A stretch of DNA of 64,000 nucleotides from Neocallimastix sp. 'constans' (lineage: Eukaryota), in the NCBI GenBank assembly GCA_050613775.1, contig JBODTK010000120.1, positions 372,001 through 436,000 of the forward strand, read 5' to 3'. Position numbers and translations under genes: made by a program. Shown in pieces: positions 1-15,640 of this stretch. The notes below the pieces were generated by a model that worked only from the letters and a program-made list of their open reading frames with translations, did not search any database and had not been told where the DNA came from. Every line of letters begins with the position of its first letter. The stretch's first letter is position 1.

Positions 1-1115
1 AATTAAGATAAGAATAATAATGGAATAATAAATATAATAATAAATAATAATAAATAATAAATAATAGATAAATAAATATAAAAAAAAAAAATAAGAAAAA
101 AATAAATGAAAATAAACTTTTTTTTCCATAAATTTATATTCTATTCTATTTAAAAAAAAAAAAAAAAACTTAAAATAATATTAAATTTACTGTTAAACAA
201 AAAAAAAAATAAAATAAAATAAAAAATAAAAAATAATTAATAAAATATCTAAATATTATAATAAAATATCTAAATATAGTATTTAAAAAAAAAAATTAAT
301 AATGACAATTTCTATATACTTTATTAATTAAATTCTTTTTATTTAATTTATTTATTTTATTTATTTATTTTATTTAATTATTTATTTATTTTATTTATTT
401 ATTTATTTTATTTATTTATTTATTTTATTTAAAAAAAAAAAAAAGCCCATTATCCTTTTTTAAAATAATTAATCATTCTTGTGTTATTTGTGAATCCACT
501 TTCATTTAATAGTATATTCTTAACTTTTTTTTTTTTTTTTTTATGATTCATATTATAAATCATTATTATTATTTTCTGTATTCTTATTATATACATATAT
601 AGATATATATTTTATTTTATTTTATTTTATTTTATTTGTAAACAATAATAAAAATAAATAGAACAAACAAACTAAGCCAAAAAAGAAAAAGAAAAAGAAA
701 AAGAAATGGAAAAAGAAAAAAAATAAAATAAAATAAAATATATAGTGAATTTTTATTTATTTATTTATTTATTTTTTTCACGTAAAAAAGATTTTAAATT
801 TCATATTTATTTTATATATAAAAATTTAATTTTATTTTTTATTTCTTTTTCTTTTATTTCTTTTTCTTTTTCTTTTTTTAAATCTATGACTCTACTATAA
901 AAAAAAATAAGAGAATAAAATATAAGAGAATAATATTAATAATAGAAGAGAAGAGAAGAGAATATTTATAATAAACCCAAAAAAAATTTAAATTTAATTA
1001 TGTTTTAAATCTTTTTTGTTTTGTTTTTATTTTTAATTTTTTTTTAATAAATGAAAAGAATAAAAAATTACAAAAAAAAAAAAAAAAAAAAAATTAATAC
1101 AAAATTTTGTATTAA

Positions 1116-1148
<33 letters not shown>

Positions 1149-1224
1149 TAATTAATATATATATATATTATTAATTTTTTAAGTTTTAAATTCCAACGGG
1201 AAAAAAAATTTAAAACAAAAAACC

Positions 1225-1255
<31 letters not shown>

Positions 1256-1606
1256 AAAAATATTAATTATATTATATTAAAATAAAAAAAAAAAAAAAAA
1301 AACCCAAAAACATATAAATTGAATTCATAATCAAATAATCAGTCATCATTAAATAATAAACGATAATCAAATAATCAGTCTTCATTAAAGTAAATGATAA
1401 TAAGGATAATAATCATAAATTATGTATAAATAATAAATAGTTAACAATAATAATAATAATAATAATAATAATTTGTTTTTATTAAATTTTTTTTTAATAT
1501 ATTTATTTTATTTTATTTTATTTTATATTAATTTATAATTTTCCACACTTTTCTTTAATTAAATTAATTATTAAATTTGTTAACATCAATTAATCCTAAA
1601 CATCTA

Positions 1607-1983
<377 letters not shown>

Positions 1984-2723
1984 TTTTCTAAAAAGGTTTA
2001 TTTTAATTTACTATTAATTATTAATTATATTTATTTACTATTATCAATCAAATATTATATATTTAAAAAAATTAATATTAATTTTTTAGTTAGAACTTAT
2101 CAAACATTTATTACTAATCATTTATTTATGATTTATTATATACTTTATAATAATTATTAATTTATTCTCTTTTTTTTTTTTTCTTTTTTTATTTTACTTT
2201 ATTTTCTTTTAATTATTTTTGTATAAATGGTTTATTTTTCATTTTTTTTAATTTAATTCATTATTTACCTTTTGCATAAAGTAAATGACTTATTATTATT
2301 TATTATTAATTATTATTATTTATTATTAATTCTTTATTTATTTGCTAAATATTAATTATAAGTAAATTTTTAATTTGCATCTTTTTATTAATTATTATTA
2401 CTCATCATTCCCTATTATTAAATAGTAAATTATTCATTATTGATATATTATTCATCATACCCTATTATTAAATAGTAAATTATTCATCATACCCTATTAT
2501 TAAATAGTAAATTATTCATTATTGATATTAGTTATTAATTACTATCTATTATTCATTATTATTATTATTTTATTTTCTATTATTCATTATTATTATCTAT
2601 TGTATATTATTTAATTTTTTTTTTTTTTAATTATAATCTTGAATAATCATAATAACAATAAATTAAAATTGTTTCAATTGAATAATAAATATATAATAAA
2701 TAATAATAAAAACAGTATTTATT

Positions 2724-2893
2724 AATAAATAATAAATAATAAATAATAAATAATAAATAATAAATAATAAATAATAAATAATAAATAATAAATAATAAAT
2801 AATAAATAATAAATAATAAATAATAAATAATAAATAATAAATAATAAATAATAAATAATTGAATAATAAATAATAAATAATAAATAATAAATA
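2724..2893. repeat. (AATAAAT)n 7-bp tandem repeat
   Basis: Direct reading. The same unit recurs near 3850-3930 (reverse), 5010-5080 and 41500-41600. Confidence 0.9.
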
Positions 2894-4149
2894 ATATTAA
2901 AAAAGATCAATATAATAAAAAAAAATATTAAAAAACTAAATAAAAAATATGGATGATAATAAAAAAAAAAAAAAAACAATTTATTATATAAATTTTTTCA
3001 CTACTTTCAAAATGAATATAGAAAAAATAAATAAAAATAAAAAAAAAATAAAATAAAATTTTAAATAGAATAGACATATAGTAGTTTCTAATTATAAAGT
3101 GAATAATTAAATATTAAATTTTTGCTTTATTTTTATTTTATATACATATATATATTAAATAAAAAGAAAGAAAAAGAAAAGGTTTAATAATGCTAATAAT
3201 AACGATACAGAAAAAAAAAATTAACATAAAATAAAATGAAATAAAATAAAAAAATACAAAATTAATAAAATCATATAAAGAAAAAAATAAAATAAAATAA
3301 AATAAAAATTTATAATATAAATTTTCTTTTCATTCATTCATTAATTTCTAAAACCTTTATAATTTTTTTCTATTTTTATTTCTTAATTTTTATTTCTAAA
3401 AAAAAAAAAATAATAATAATAATAATAATAAAAAAGAATAGAAAAAAAGAATACAGAAAAAAGAATACAGAAAAGAGAATAAATTAAATATGAATTTGGT
3501 TCATTCCTTCCTTCTTTCTTTTTTCTTTTTTCTTTTTTTCTTTTTTTTTTTTTTTTTAATTTAGTTTTTTTTGCCATAAATTTAAATTAATAATAAAAAT
3601 TTTATTATATATTTTTACTGATATAAATTAAATAAATAAATAATAAATAAATAAATAAATAATAGATAAATAAATAAATAAATAAAATATAATTAATTTT
3701 TATTTCTTATAGTATTTATTGTTTTTGTGATTCAACTTTATTTTTTATTTATTAATTTCTTATTATTATTATTATTATATTTATTATTTATTAATTTCTT
3801 ATTTTTATTATTTATTCACTTATTTATTATTTATTATTATTTATTATTTATTATTATTTATTATTTATTATTTATTATTTATTATTTATTATTTATTATT
3901 TATTATTTATTATTTATTATTTATTATTTATTATTTAATTATTTTATTATTTATTTTATTATTTATTATTTATTTTATTATTTATTATTCCATTATTTAT
4001 TATTTATTATTTATTATTTATTATTTATTATTATGTATCTCTCTGCCTTAAAATAAAGATAGATATAGAGATTATAGAGAGATAAATCAATAAATATTAA
4101 TATAAATAAAAATATTAATTATTTTATTCAATATTTGTAATATTTGTGT

Positions 4150-4221
<72 letters not shown>

Positions 4222-5344
4222 TTATTTATTAATTAATTAATTTATTTCAATTAATCTAAATTAAATTTAATTAAAAGATTTTTTAAAATAAAAATAAAAT
4301 AAAAAATAATATTACAAAAATATAAAAGAAAAGAAAAAAAAATTTTTTTTTTTTTTGGAAGGGTCATGTCTTCAGTTGATGGTGGTGGTGATGATGGTAC
4401 GATAATTATTTTAGAATTTTCTTTTTTTTTTTTTTTTTTTTTTTTCATTCTTTTTTTTTTCTATAGGATTCCCTTTCCCCCCCCCATGATAAAAAAAAAC
4501 CGTGCCATGAAATATGAAAATTTATCAGTAAATAACTTTTATACCTGTGTCCTATAGAAGACCAATGCTAGAATGCTCCGTTAGGCCATCCATCAGGGTA
4601 AAACATGATCTACCGATGCCAATGGTAGCATCATACCGAAGTGAAAGTGACAGTGACAATGACCTCCTCCTCCTCCTCAATATTCCAACCAGCCCTTGAG
4701 AGGAAAAGGGAGGACTGAAACTAAGAAACTAAGGGTGATACACATCAGAAATTAAAAAATATATATATATATTAAATATTTTTTTGTTTCTGGTTTTAAA
4801 AAATGGAAGGATTGATAAACGACTAATGAAGAGTTAATAATAAATAATTAAATAATAAATAATAAATAATAAATAATAAGTGTATTTATTAATAATAAAT
4901 AATTAAATAATAAATAATAAATAATAAATAATAAGTGTATTTATTAATAATAAATAATAAATAATTTAATAATAATAAGAGTATTTATTAATAAATAATT
5001 AAATAATAAATTATAAATAATAAATAATAAATAATAAATAATAAATAATAAATAATAAATAATAAATAATAATAAATAATTGAATAATAGGTATCATTTT
5101 TATTATTATTGATAATATTAGTTTTTATTAAAAAAAAAACAAAAAGGGTATCCTTTTTTTTTTTTAATAATTTTTATTTAATTTAATTTTTCATGGAATA
5201 TTCTTTTTCGATTTCTATTTATCCTTTCTTTTCTTTTTTTTATCCGGTTTTTATTATTATAATATGTAATAATTTCTTTTCTTTTCTTTTTTTTTTTTTT
5301 TTAGTTTAAATAAATGAAAAGGTTTATAATAATAATATTATTAA

Positions 5345-5377
<33 letters not shown>

Positions 5378-6669
5378 TATAATAATTATACTACTAATAA
5401 TAATAATAATAATTATAATAACTATAATAATAATAAATAAATTTATCGATAAAAAATTTTATTAAAATTTAAAACAAACAGACCTTCATTTTTATTATTA
5501 TTTTTATTGTTAAATCAATCAATCAATCAATCAATAAATAAATAAATAAATAAAAAAAGTAGTTGCACCACCTTCCACTCTTTTTTCTTTTTACTTTCAT
5601 TGATTTCAACCAATGTTTTTTTTTTTTTTTTATAATACATAGAGTATAATAATAATAATAATAATATATAATTAATTAATTAATTATTATTATATAAATA
5701 AATATTCATTTGATACAGATTAATAATAATTGAATTTCTTTAACTACATTTAAATAAATTAGAACATTATTTGTGGAATTTTTTCTTTTTTTTTTTTTAC
5801 ACAGACATTAAATATTATTATATCATTATCATAATTATAATTAATTTTTTATTATTTCTATTTATTTTTATTTCTTTTTATTTTTATTATTTTCATTTTA
5901 ATTATTTTTATTTTAATTATTAATATATCCAAAATAGTAAATTATAAAAAGGTAAAATAATAAAAAATTAACTTAAAAAAATAAAAATAAAAAGAAATAA
6001 AAAAAAGAAATGAAAGAAAGAAAGAAAACAGCCAATTTATGAGTGTATAAAACAAAAAAATGAAAAAAAAAAAAATAAAAATAAAAAATAAAATTTGATC
6101 ACAAATTTAGAATTTCTAAAAAAGAATAATTTTATTTATATTTATTTTAATTTATTATAATTTATTTTAATTTATTATAATGTATAATAAATAATTTTTA
6201 ATTTTTAATTTTTAATTTATAATTTTTAATTTTTAATTTTTAATTTTTAATTAAAAGAAAAGAAAAAAAAAAAAAATAAAAAATAGAAATTTTAATCATG
6301 GCTATTTCTCCCAATATAAAATTTTATATTAGCATGAAATAGGTGGAAAATGTATATTAAATATTTATATATATATAATCATATTTATATATATTTATTT
6401 ATCTTTTTATTTATTTATTTATTTATTTATTTATTATCAGTTTATTTATTCATTTATTCATTTATATAATTCTATATTTATTTATCTTGTTATTTATTTA
6501 TTTATTTATTTATTTATCTCTTTATTTATTTATTTTATTTTAAAGTAATGAAAAGAGATATTTAATTAAATCCACTTTGAGGCTATTTAATTTACATTTC
6601 TATTTCTATTTTTTATTTGAGAATTTTCTTTTATAATAAAAAAAAATTAAAATTAAAAATTAAAAATTA

Positions 6670-6703
<34 letters not shown>

Positions 6704-8164
6704 TATTTATATATATATTTATTACTTTATTTAGTAAAAAGTGGAGAATAAAATTTTCCTTTTTTTTTACTTCTTCTAAAAAAAAAAAAAAAAAAAAAAA
6801 TTAATCATAATTCCATAATTATAACTGAATAATTGAATAATTGAATAATGATGATAACTAATAAATAATAAATTATTGAATCATAATAAATTATAATTAT
6901 AAATATTTATATTTATATATTTATATTTATTTTTCTTTTTTTAAAAAAAAAAAAAAATAAAGAAAAAAGAAAAAAAAAAAATGAAGAAATAAAATTAAGT
7001 TTGTCTCAGTAATCCATCCATCCATCTCTTTTAAAAAAAAAAAAAAAATTAATTATAAATTTTTGCCATTATATTCTATATGGGAGAGTTGTCACATTCT
7101 ATGGAATGGCTTTTTTAATTCGATGACTTTCATTATTAATTGTTTTTACATGCTTTTTATTTTTTATATTTTATATTTTACATTTTTTTTTATTTTATTT
7201 ATATTTTATTTTATTATATTTATATATTTTTTTATTTTATTAATGTAAATATATAAATATATATATATATGTATATAAAAAAGTGGATTTTATATTAATT
7301 ATTTAAATTAATTAAAAAAAAAAAAAGGTTTTATTTATTATATATATAGAAAAAAAATAAAAATAAAAACGTGGACAATCCATTGTAGGGTGTGGATAGA
7401 ATTTCATTTCTTTATTTTCTATTCTATTCTATTTTATTCTATTTTATTTTATTTTTTATTAATACTTTAAAAATTTTATATTACTTCACTATTTATTTTA
7501 TTTTATATTATATTATTTTATTTTATTTTTATTAATATTTTAATTAATATTTTACTCTTTTTATACTACTTCACTATTTATTTAATTTTGTTTTAATTTA
7601 AAAAAAGCCATAAGTTTCAAACAGAAAAAAAAAAAAAGTAGTTATTGAGAATTAAGATTGTTTATACTTTTTATTTATATTTAAAAAATAAATAAATAAT
7701 AAAAAATGAAAAAAAAAAAAAATTTTATCTTTTAAAAAAAATTATAATACTAATAATATTGATATTTTTAAAATATCACCGGTGAAGTTATACCGATACA
7801 ATATTATTAAATTTAAATAATGTTTTCTTTAAATCTTTCTCTATTTATTATTATTCTTCTTTTTAATGCAATTATTGTCCCCACCCCCCTCTATTACAGA
7901 AAGAAAATTATTTTCCTTCCTTTTATATTATAGGAGTTTAGTAGTTAGTACTTAATCACTATCTTTGTTATTGCAATTAATTTCAATTATTCTATTTTAA
8001 TTATTCTATTTTAATTATGATTTAATTCGAATATTAATATATACATAGTTCTAATGATTCCATGTTATTATGTCATTTATTTATTATCTTATCTGAATAT
8101 TGTTTTTTTTTTTTTTTTTTTCTTTATTATTATCAACTCTTCTATTCCTCTTACAAGGAACTAC

Positions 8165-8196
<32 letters not shown>

Positions 8197-9039
8197 GTAC
8201 CAGATGGAACGAAGTTTTTACCCATTGACCCATTGAGAAAGAAAAGAAAAAAAAAAAAGAAGGAGGAATTACGAAAATTTTTCACCCTGAGGCAATAGAA
8301 AGAACCTTCCAAATAGGAAAAAAAAAATGTCTAACTTGCAGACTTTTTTTTTTTTTTTTTTTTTTTTGTATAATGAAAAAAAAAAAAAGATTTAAGGTAT
8401 AGAAAAGATATTAGGTAATCATTAACAACAAGGGGAAGAGATAAGATTTTCAGTGAGAGAAAGTCCCACGTCCAAGTCCAAGTCCAAGTTCAAATCCAAG
8501 TGTTAAAAAACCAAAATTTACTAACAAATTTATTTTTTAAGGATTTCCCAAAACGCTTAGTAACAACCCCTCCCCTTGATCCCTAAGACAGTTCTATTGA
8601 AGTAAGATGAGGTCTTGAGTACGAGAGGGTTTTATGCCAGAAAAAAGCTTATTAGGTAATATAAAACAACCTTACCTACCAAAAAGGGGAAAGCTCCAAA
8701 ATTTAAATATGTTGTTATGATACGAGTTCCTAGATCAACAGGATCCACCCTCAGTACAGCTCAGTACAGTACAGTACAGTACAATTAACTAAGAAAATTT
8801 AAGAGAGGAGGAGGAGGAGGAGAAGGATTTTTTTTAAGATAGAAGAAGAAAACCATTCCTCTCACATTCACAAACTGTCCCCTCGCTATTTAAAAGTGTT
8901 TGATACCTCTGGTTACAGGAAAGATGGAAAAAAAAAAAAAAAAAATTTTTTTTTTTTTTCTCTCAAATAAAGATAAAAGTGAAGTTGGTCAAGGAGTAAG
9001 CATACTACTACTAGGGAATTAAAGGTCAAAATTTGGTAG

Positions 9040-9280
9040 GACTTTAAAAAAAAAAAAAAAAAAAAAACTAGAGATGTAGACTAGCTGAGGCTATGTCATG
9101 TATGACTTTAAAAAAAAAAAAAAAAAAAACTAGAGATGTAGACTAGCTGAGGCTATGTCATGTATGACTTTAAAAAAAAAAAAAAAAACTAGAGATGTAG
9201 ACTAGCTGAGGCTATGTCATGTATGACTTTAAAAAAAAAAAAAAAAAACTAGAGATGTAGACTAGCTGAGGCTATGCCAT
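9040..9280. repeat. ~60-64 bp tandem repeat, about 3.8 copies (GACTTT-polyA-CTAGAGATGTAGACTAGCTGAGGCTATGTCATGTAT)
   Basis: Four near-identical GC-containing cores separated by poly(A) runs of slightly different length. Confidence 0.9.
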
Positions 9281-9285
9281 ATCTT

Positions 9286-9323
<38 letters not shown>

Positions 9324-9473
9324 ATGTCATGAAAGAAGCCGTACTCTTTCTTTCTTTTCTTTTTTTTTTTTTTTTTTTTTTTTTAAAGTTTGACCTAAAA
9401 TCTTTGTATAATCTAGTATGAAATTTCGAGAGAGTGATCATGTACAAAAGACAGCCTTCAACACCAAATTTAG

Positions 9474-9508
<35 letters not shown>

Positions 9509-10640
9509 GTATCTATTAATGCCATTCGGATGTAACTAATGCACCCGCGGTGTTCCAATAATTTTTTTTTTTTTTTGTGAATGATAATCTTTTAGCGGAA
9601 ATAATCCGGAAGTAACTTTTCAAAATGTCGTCGACCTTTGGATGACATTTGTATTTTGTTAGTCTATTTTTTCAAGACCATTAAAAGGAGTAGGTATAGC
9701 ATGTTCGAAAATCATATTTAAAAGAAATTGATTGAACATAACCTTTGCTGACAAGAAATCGATGCTTTAGCCTACATAAATTAAAAAAAAAAAAAAAAAA
9801 AAATTTTTTTTTTTTTAAGGCCATGTTGGTCAGTAAGGATGTGGAAGGAAGGAAGAAACCGATCCAGAAGAGATTAAAACCGTTGCGAAAATGATTACAA
9901 ACCAGAGAATGGAATGGTCAAACAAATGCAAAACTTTTTTTTTTTTTTTTTTTTTTTTTTAATAATTTTAATTGTTTAGATAAATTATTAAAATTATTGA
10001 AAAAAAAAAAATTAATATAAATTATTTGTCAATTGCTAATTCTGTATAATTTAATGATTAATTTTTTTGTTTATAGAAAATAAGTAATATAAAAAATCAA
10101 GTTTAATGATTTTATCTATATAAATTATTAATATTAGTTAAGATCCATATAAACAAATTAAACTATTTTTTTTTTTTTTTTTATACATTTGATATTCTTT
10201 AAAATCCAATATCTCGATTTCTAGTGGTTCATATGAGTTGAAATTCATATATATGTTATAGATCCTGATCGTAGCTTTTTAATGAATATATTTATATATA
10301 TATGTATAGTTTTGACGGAAAATCTCATTGTAATATTTTCTATTATTTGTAAAGTTATCACCTATTTTTCTTCCAATTATTATTTGTGTCCATTTCTTAA
10401 GGGTTAAATTAAATTAAATTAAACTTTAATAAATTAGTCCAAACCCTTTTGTTTCTAATTATTAATAGTCCTAAGATTTATTTTTTTTTTTATAATTAAA
10501 ATCAATTTTTAAAAAATAATATTATGTCAATAACGAAAAATATAAATTTCAATTGACCTTTTAGTGAATTTCAATCTTAAATTCACTAATATTTGTGACA
10601 ATTCGAACCTGAATTTTCTACCTAAATTTTATTTTTATAG

Positions 10641-11497
10641 TGGTACCGTATCATCAAGTGTTATGGTTCGGGTTTTATTAGAATTTTTATTTAATTATTT
10701 ATTTTTAATATTTTTCTGTCTACATTTTAATTATTGAAAAACTTCACTTATTTATACTTTTTTAAAAAAAAATAAATATGTAAAGCCTTTCTACATTTTA
10801 TTATCATATTTAAAAAAAAATATTTACTATTACTAATTAATTAAAATTTTATATTAATTTAAATTAACTAATTCATAAGTATTTTTATTTTAATAAATTT
10901 TGTTTACATAATTTTATATTATTTTTCATATACTAAAACTAAATTATTTAATATATACGAAAAGTAACAAACAAAATTTAAAAAGATTTTACAGAAAAAT
11001 AAAGTTATTTTAATCAAGAATGTTAATATAATATTCTTATATTTTATATAAAATAAATTTAAAAACTATAATATATTTAATATTTATTATTAATCAATTA
11101 AGATTTGATTTTATTTGTGGGGAATAAAAATATAAAATAATCAATTTAAAAATAAAATAAAATACTAAAAAGAATACAAGTTTAATATTGATACAATATA
11201 ATAATAATATAATAATATATTTGAAAATAAAAATAAAATATTAATATTGATAATAAACACTTTAATAAAATAATAAAATTTGAGGTTAAATTATAGATAT
11301 TGATATTAATAATAAAAATATAAAATTATTGATAATATTTTAGAAACTTTTAATAAAAATATAAAAAAAAAATATATTTAGAAAATATTTTAGTATAGAA
11401 AATATAGTAAAGTAATATTAAGTAAAGAATAATATAATGGATTCTAAAGTAAGTTGAAATTCTAATTAATAATCCATTATATGTTCGTTCTTTACCA
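10641..11497 (-). repeat. E1 3' LTR (857 bp)
   Basis: Matches 18780-19612 plus 20179-20184 except for two 1-nt homopolymer indels seen by eye. The 18 nt at 10641-10658 are absent from the other copy; they are assigned to the LTR because of the TGGTA end and the adjacent ATAG. Confidence 0.85.
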
Positions 11498-11510
11498 AGA
11501 TGCCCCCACT
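11498..11510 (-). promoter_or_regulatory. E1 polypurine tract (AGTGGGGGCATCT on minus strand)
   Basis: G-rich tract directly abutting the 3' LTR; a homologous tract is present in E2. Confidence 0.75.
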
Positions 11511-11520
11511 AAGACTCAAG

Positions 11521-14500
11521 CTAATCTATAGCTGAGTTATACTTTACTATATTTTTCAAATGAACATTACGATTCATTTGAATCATAGTATTTGGGTCCG
11601 CAAGTGTTACGGTATTAAATTGTTTTTTTATTACTTTTAAAGGACCGATAAAATAAGGTTCTAATTTAGAACGACTAAAATTTCGAACAAGAACTAAATC
11701 ACCGATTCTTATGTTTTTTGGAATTTTTCATGCTATTTTTTTCTTCCCTTCGATTGGCCCAATATTTACTTGCGTTCTTTATATTTTCAGCTGCTTCCAT
11801 GGTCCACCTATAATGTGAGATAAATTTTTCTAAAAGAATTTCATCTGAAGATTTATTCACTCCTTGTGTAGGTCTAGCAGCAATGTCGAAAGGCTGTTAA
11901 TCCTCACGACCATAAACTAATTCGAAGCTAGAATGTTTGGTTACAGAATTCTTTGTAGTTCTAAGGGCCCACAAGGCTGAAGGTAATACCTCATCCCAGT
12001 CTTTATTTTCTTCACCAAGTAATCTCAATAATTTACCAATTTCTTTATTCCTATTTTCAACCAATCCATTACTTTCTGGGTGATAGGTAGTGGTAAATTT
12101 TACGTAAACATCATATAAGTCCAGGAATATTTTAGTCATATCCGATGTGAATTGAACGCCATTATCCGTTGTAATGACTTGAGGAACTCCATGTCTAGCG
12201 AAAACATTTATTAAAAACTTAATGATGTCCTTAGATGTAATATTTTCAGTAGGTTCAGCCTCCACCCACTTTGTGAAATAATCCACCGCAACAATGATAT
12301 ATTGGTTTTTATTACCAGTCTTTATTAAGGGACCAATAATATCAAGTCCAAGATGAGTAAAAGGGCCTTCAACTTCTGTTGGAATGTTTTCGGTTGGTTC
12401 TGGATATGGCTGAGGGCGATTTAACTGACATTTTTCGCATTTTGAAATTATCCGTTTTATATCGTTGACCATATCATTCCAGTAGTAACTTTTTCTAAGT
12501 CTTTGATATGTTTTATAATAACCTTCATGGCCAACATGATGTGCTTCGAGAATTAATTTTAGTTTTTCATTTGTTTCGGTAACAAGTTTTCTATAATTAT
12601 TTCCATCTATAAAATAATCTATACCATCAATCTTTGTAAATTTTTCTTCAATAAATTCTTTAATTACTTTAGAAAGTGAATCATTTTCATCATCTTTATT
12701 CGTTTTTATAGCTAATACCTTTTGTTCCTTATCGTTCTTCATTCTAGATAAAGCGTCGGCTACTACATTCTTTTTACCTTGCTCATAGCGAATATCCACT
12801 TTTAGCATACTTGCAGTCAAACGCCATCTTGTTTGTCGTGCATTATTCGGTTCCTTATTATTAAATAAACCTAGTAGAGGTTTGTGATCTGTAAAAACTA
12901 TGGTTCTAAAGGGGCTTCCCATAATATAAGGTTTTAATTTAGTAATACAATAATATAAAGCCGTTCCTTCCAAATCGGTTATTCCATAATTCTTTTCTGC
13001 TTTGGTTAAGCTACGGCTAATGAAATGAATCGGGTGTTCTATTTCCGATTCGTCTTTCTGCAATAAAACTCCACCAATACCTTCATATGATGCATCTGTT
13101 CGAATAATGAATTCTTTGGAAAAATCAGGATATTTTAAAATAGGAGCATTAATTAATTTTTCTTTTAATTTGGTAAAACTTTGTTGTTGTTCATTATTCC
13201 ATTTATATTTTACGCCTTTTCTTAATAGCTTACAAAGAGGAGCTGAGGTTTGAGCATATTCATTTATAAAGTTCCTATAATATCCTACAGCACCTAAGAA
13301 TGATCTTAACTCATGTATATTCGTGGGTTCTTTCCAGGCTTTAATTGCTTCAATTTTACTATTTTGAGGACTAAGACCCTTAGTAGAAATCTTGTGACCA
13401 AGAACTTCAACTTCCGTTTGCATAAAGTGACATTTTTCAATATTAATTTTTAATTTATGTTCCTTGAAGATTGCTAATACCTGCTTTATGTGTTGGATAT
13501 GTTCTTCGACAGTTTTTGAATATATAAGTATATCATCAATAAAGTTAAAAACACATTTTCCGATTAAAGGAAATAAAATTCTATTCATTTCCCGTTGGAA
13601 GGTAGCCGGAGCTCCAGTTAATCCGAAAGGCATAACTTTGAATTGGTAGTTGCCAAATTTGGTTGTAAAACTGGTTATTTCAACACTTTCTTCGTCCATT
13701 AGGATTTGATGGTAACCTGAGTATAGATCCATAGTAGTAAAGATTTTGGCACCATCTAAACTGTCAAATATCTCGTCAATATATGGAAGGGCATAAGAGT
13801 CTTTTTCGGTTAGATCATTCACCTTGCGGTAGTCCACACACAATCTCCATTTTCCATTAGCCTTTGGGACCACAACAACAGATGAAGACCATTCTGAATA
13901 AGATGGTACAACTAGCTTTTTCTTAATAAGTTTAATTAGTTCTTCTTTAATAATATCCGATTTAAATTTGGTTACCCTGTAACATCTTTGTTTAACAGGT
14001 TTTGCGTTCGCTTTCAAGTTAATCTTATGAGGTGCTAAGTCTGACGGGGTTAATTCTTCAGAAGATGTCGCTATAATGTCCAAGTTTTCTTCAAGTAATT
14101 TTACTATTACATCTTTATAATCTTTACAAAGACTTGCTAAAAATTTTTCATCATGGATATACTCTTGCGGGGATAGACCTTCAAGTTTCTTTAATTCATT
14201 AGTTGTGTCTTCATCTTCAAGTATTTTCCTTACTATACATACTAATTTTTCTTCTTCTTGGAAATTATTATTAATAGGAGCTATAACGTCGATTAGTCCT
14301 TGAGAATTAAATTGACATAAACTATATCTTATAGGATGGATAAAAAGATTGTGTTCTACTTGAGTTTGAAAATTAATCAACAAATCATAAAATGGGTCAT
14401 CATCATCAATTATACGAAAATCTACTATCATTTTATAATCATTAATCTTAACAGGTATTCGTACAATGATTCCTTCTGAATACTCATCATTCTTAGTCGC

Positions 14501-15640
14501 TAAACGTATCCTTCCACGACTAATACCTACTTCTTCATAATTTCCAGGTAATTTCTCATAAAATTTTTTTGTGATAACATTGAGATTGCTACAAGAATCA
14601 ATTAGTGCTTTACCAGGAATTTCATCTACTGTTACATCAACCATGGCAATATCTTCTTCTGAGGTTTCCTTACTTTTGCTAATATAAGAGTGATCAATAT
14701 TATTTACCAAGGTAGCAGCAGCAATAGTATTGTTTAATGCACCTATTATTTTCTTTTCAGGTTTTTCTAATTTTAATCCTTGACTTACTTGACTTCTGAC
14801 TTTTGGAGAAACATTGAGGAGCTGACCGAAACTAATATTACACTTGGTTTCATTCAAATCTTGTAAAACATTATATTCTTCCTGATCCTTACACATCTTG
14901 ATGTTCCTAAGCATTCTACTAATTGTTGCTTTTTCTTTAGGCTCTTGAAAATCTATGAGCTTCTGTAATGTAATATTCTCATGACCTTCGTCATTAAGCT
15001 TTTCAGGAACTTCAATAACTTCCATTTCATTGATTTGTTTTGTTTTAATAATTTTATCGTTTTCATTATCAATTAATTTATTTAATCGTTGATGCATTTT
15101 ATCACTAGTAGTACTGATGCTATTTCTTTGTTTTGAAGAATCCAGACTTTGCTTTTCTCTTATAGTAATATTATCCTCCCTTTCCTTCCTTTTTCCCTTG
15201 TTATTTCCAAAGTTAGCTCTTTCTTTATTCCGAATTTGTTTTTCTTTGGCTTTCTCAATATTTATATTAGGCTGCCCCATTATCGAAGGATGTAGTTGAT
15301 TTTTATTTTTAACAATTATTCTATTTTCTATTTCCTTCTCTTTTATCTTTCTTATTGAAGGAGTTGTTATAGGGGTAGGATTATCTTTGAGACTTTTACG
15401 TTGTCTCTTTTCATTATTTTCACTAGTTTCATCGTTAGTCGTCAACTTCCTTTTTGTCGCACTAACTATAAATTCTACATCATTCTCATTATCGGATTCT
15501 TTGTGAGTTTCATTAGTATAGGAAGCATCTTCTTTTTCTTCCTTATTATAATCATTTGTACTACTAGGAATGGATTTGTATTGTAATGAAGCTATTTTAT
15601 TTTTATAGGGAGTGCTTCCTCTCCCTTTTAGTGGTTTAAA
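11521..15640 (-). pseudogene. pol: E1 pol (protease, RT, RNase H, integrase with GPY/F motif), disrupted in the integrase C-terminus
   Basis: Motifs ALIDSCSN, MPFGL, FIDD, TDAS, H-x3-H/C-x2-C, D(IIG)-D(NG)-E(NRN) and PYFIGP. The frame is open from the slippery site at 15640 into ORF 11897-15445. TAA at 11897-11899 aligns to Gln in E2, a +1 A-run frameshift lies near 11715-11730, and the original stop is TAG at 11521-11523. Confidence 0.92.
15588..15640 (-). promoter_or_regulatory. E1 -1 ribosomal frameshift signal: U_UUA_AAC plus H-type pseudoknot
   Basis: Heptamer at 15640-15634 in the restored gag frame, 7-nt spacer, S1 AGGGAG/CUCCCU, S2 GAAGC/GCUUC. The -1 frame runs without stops into pol. 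Confidence 0.85.

Noticed and set aside
9040..9280. CRISPR-like repeat-spacer pattern
   Set aside because: The spacers are only poly(A), there are no cas genes, and the context is eukaryotic; it is a simple tandem duplication.
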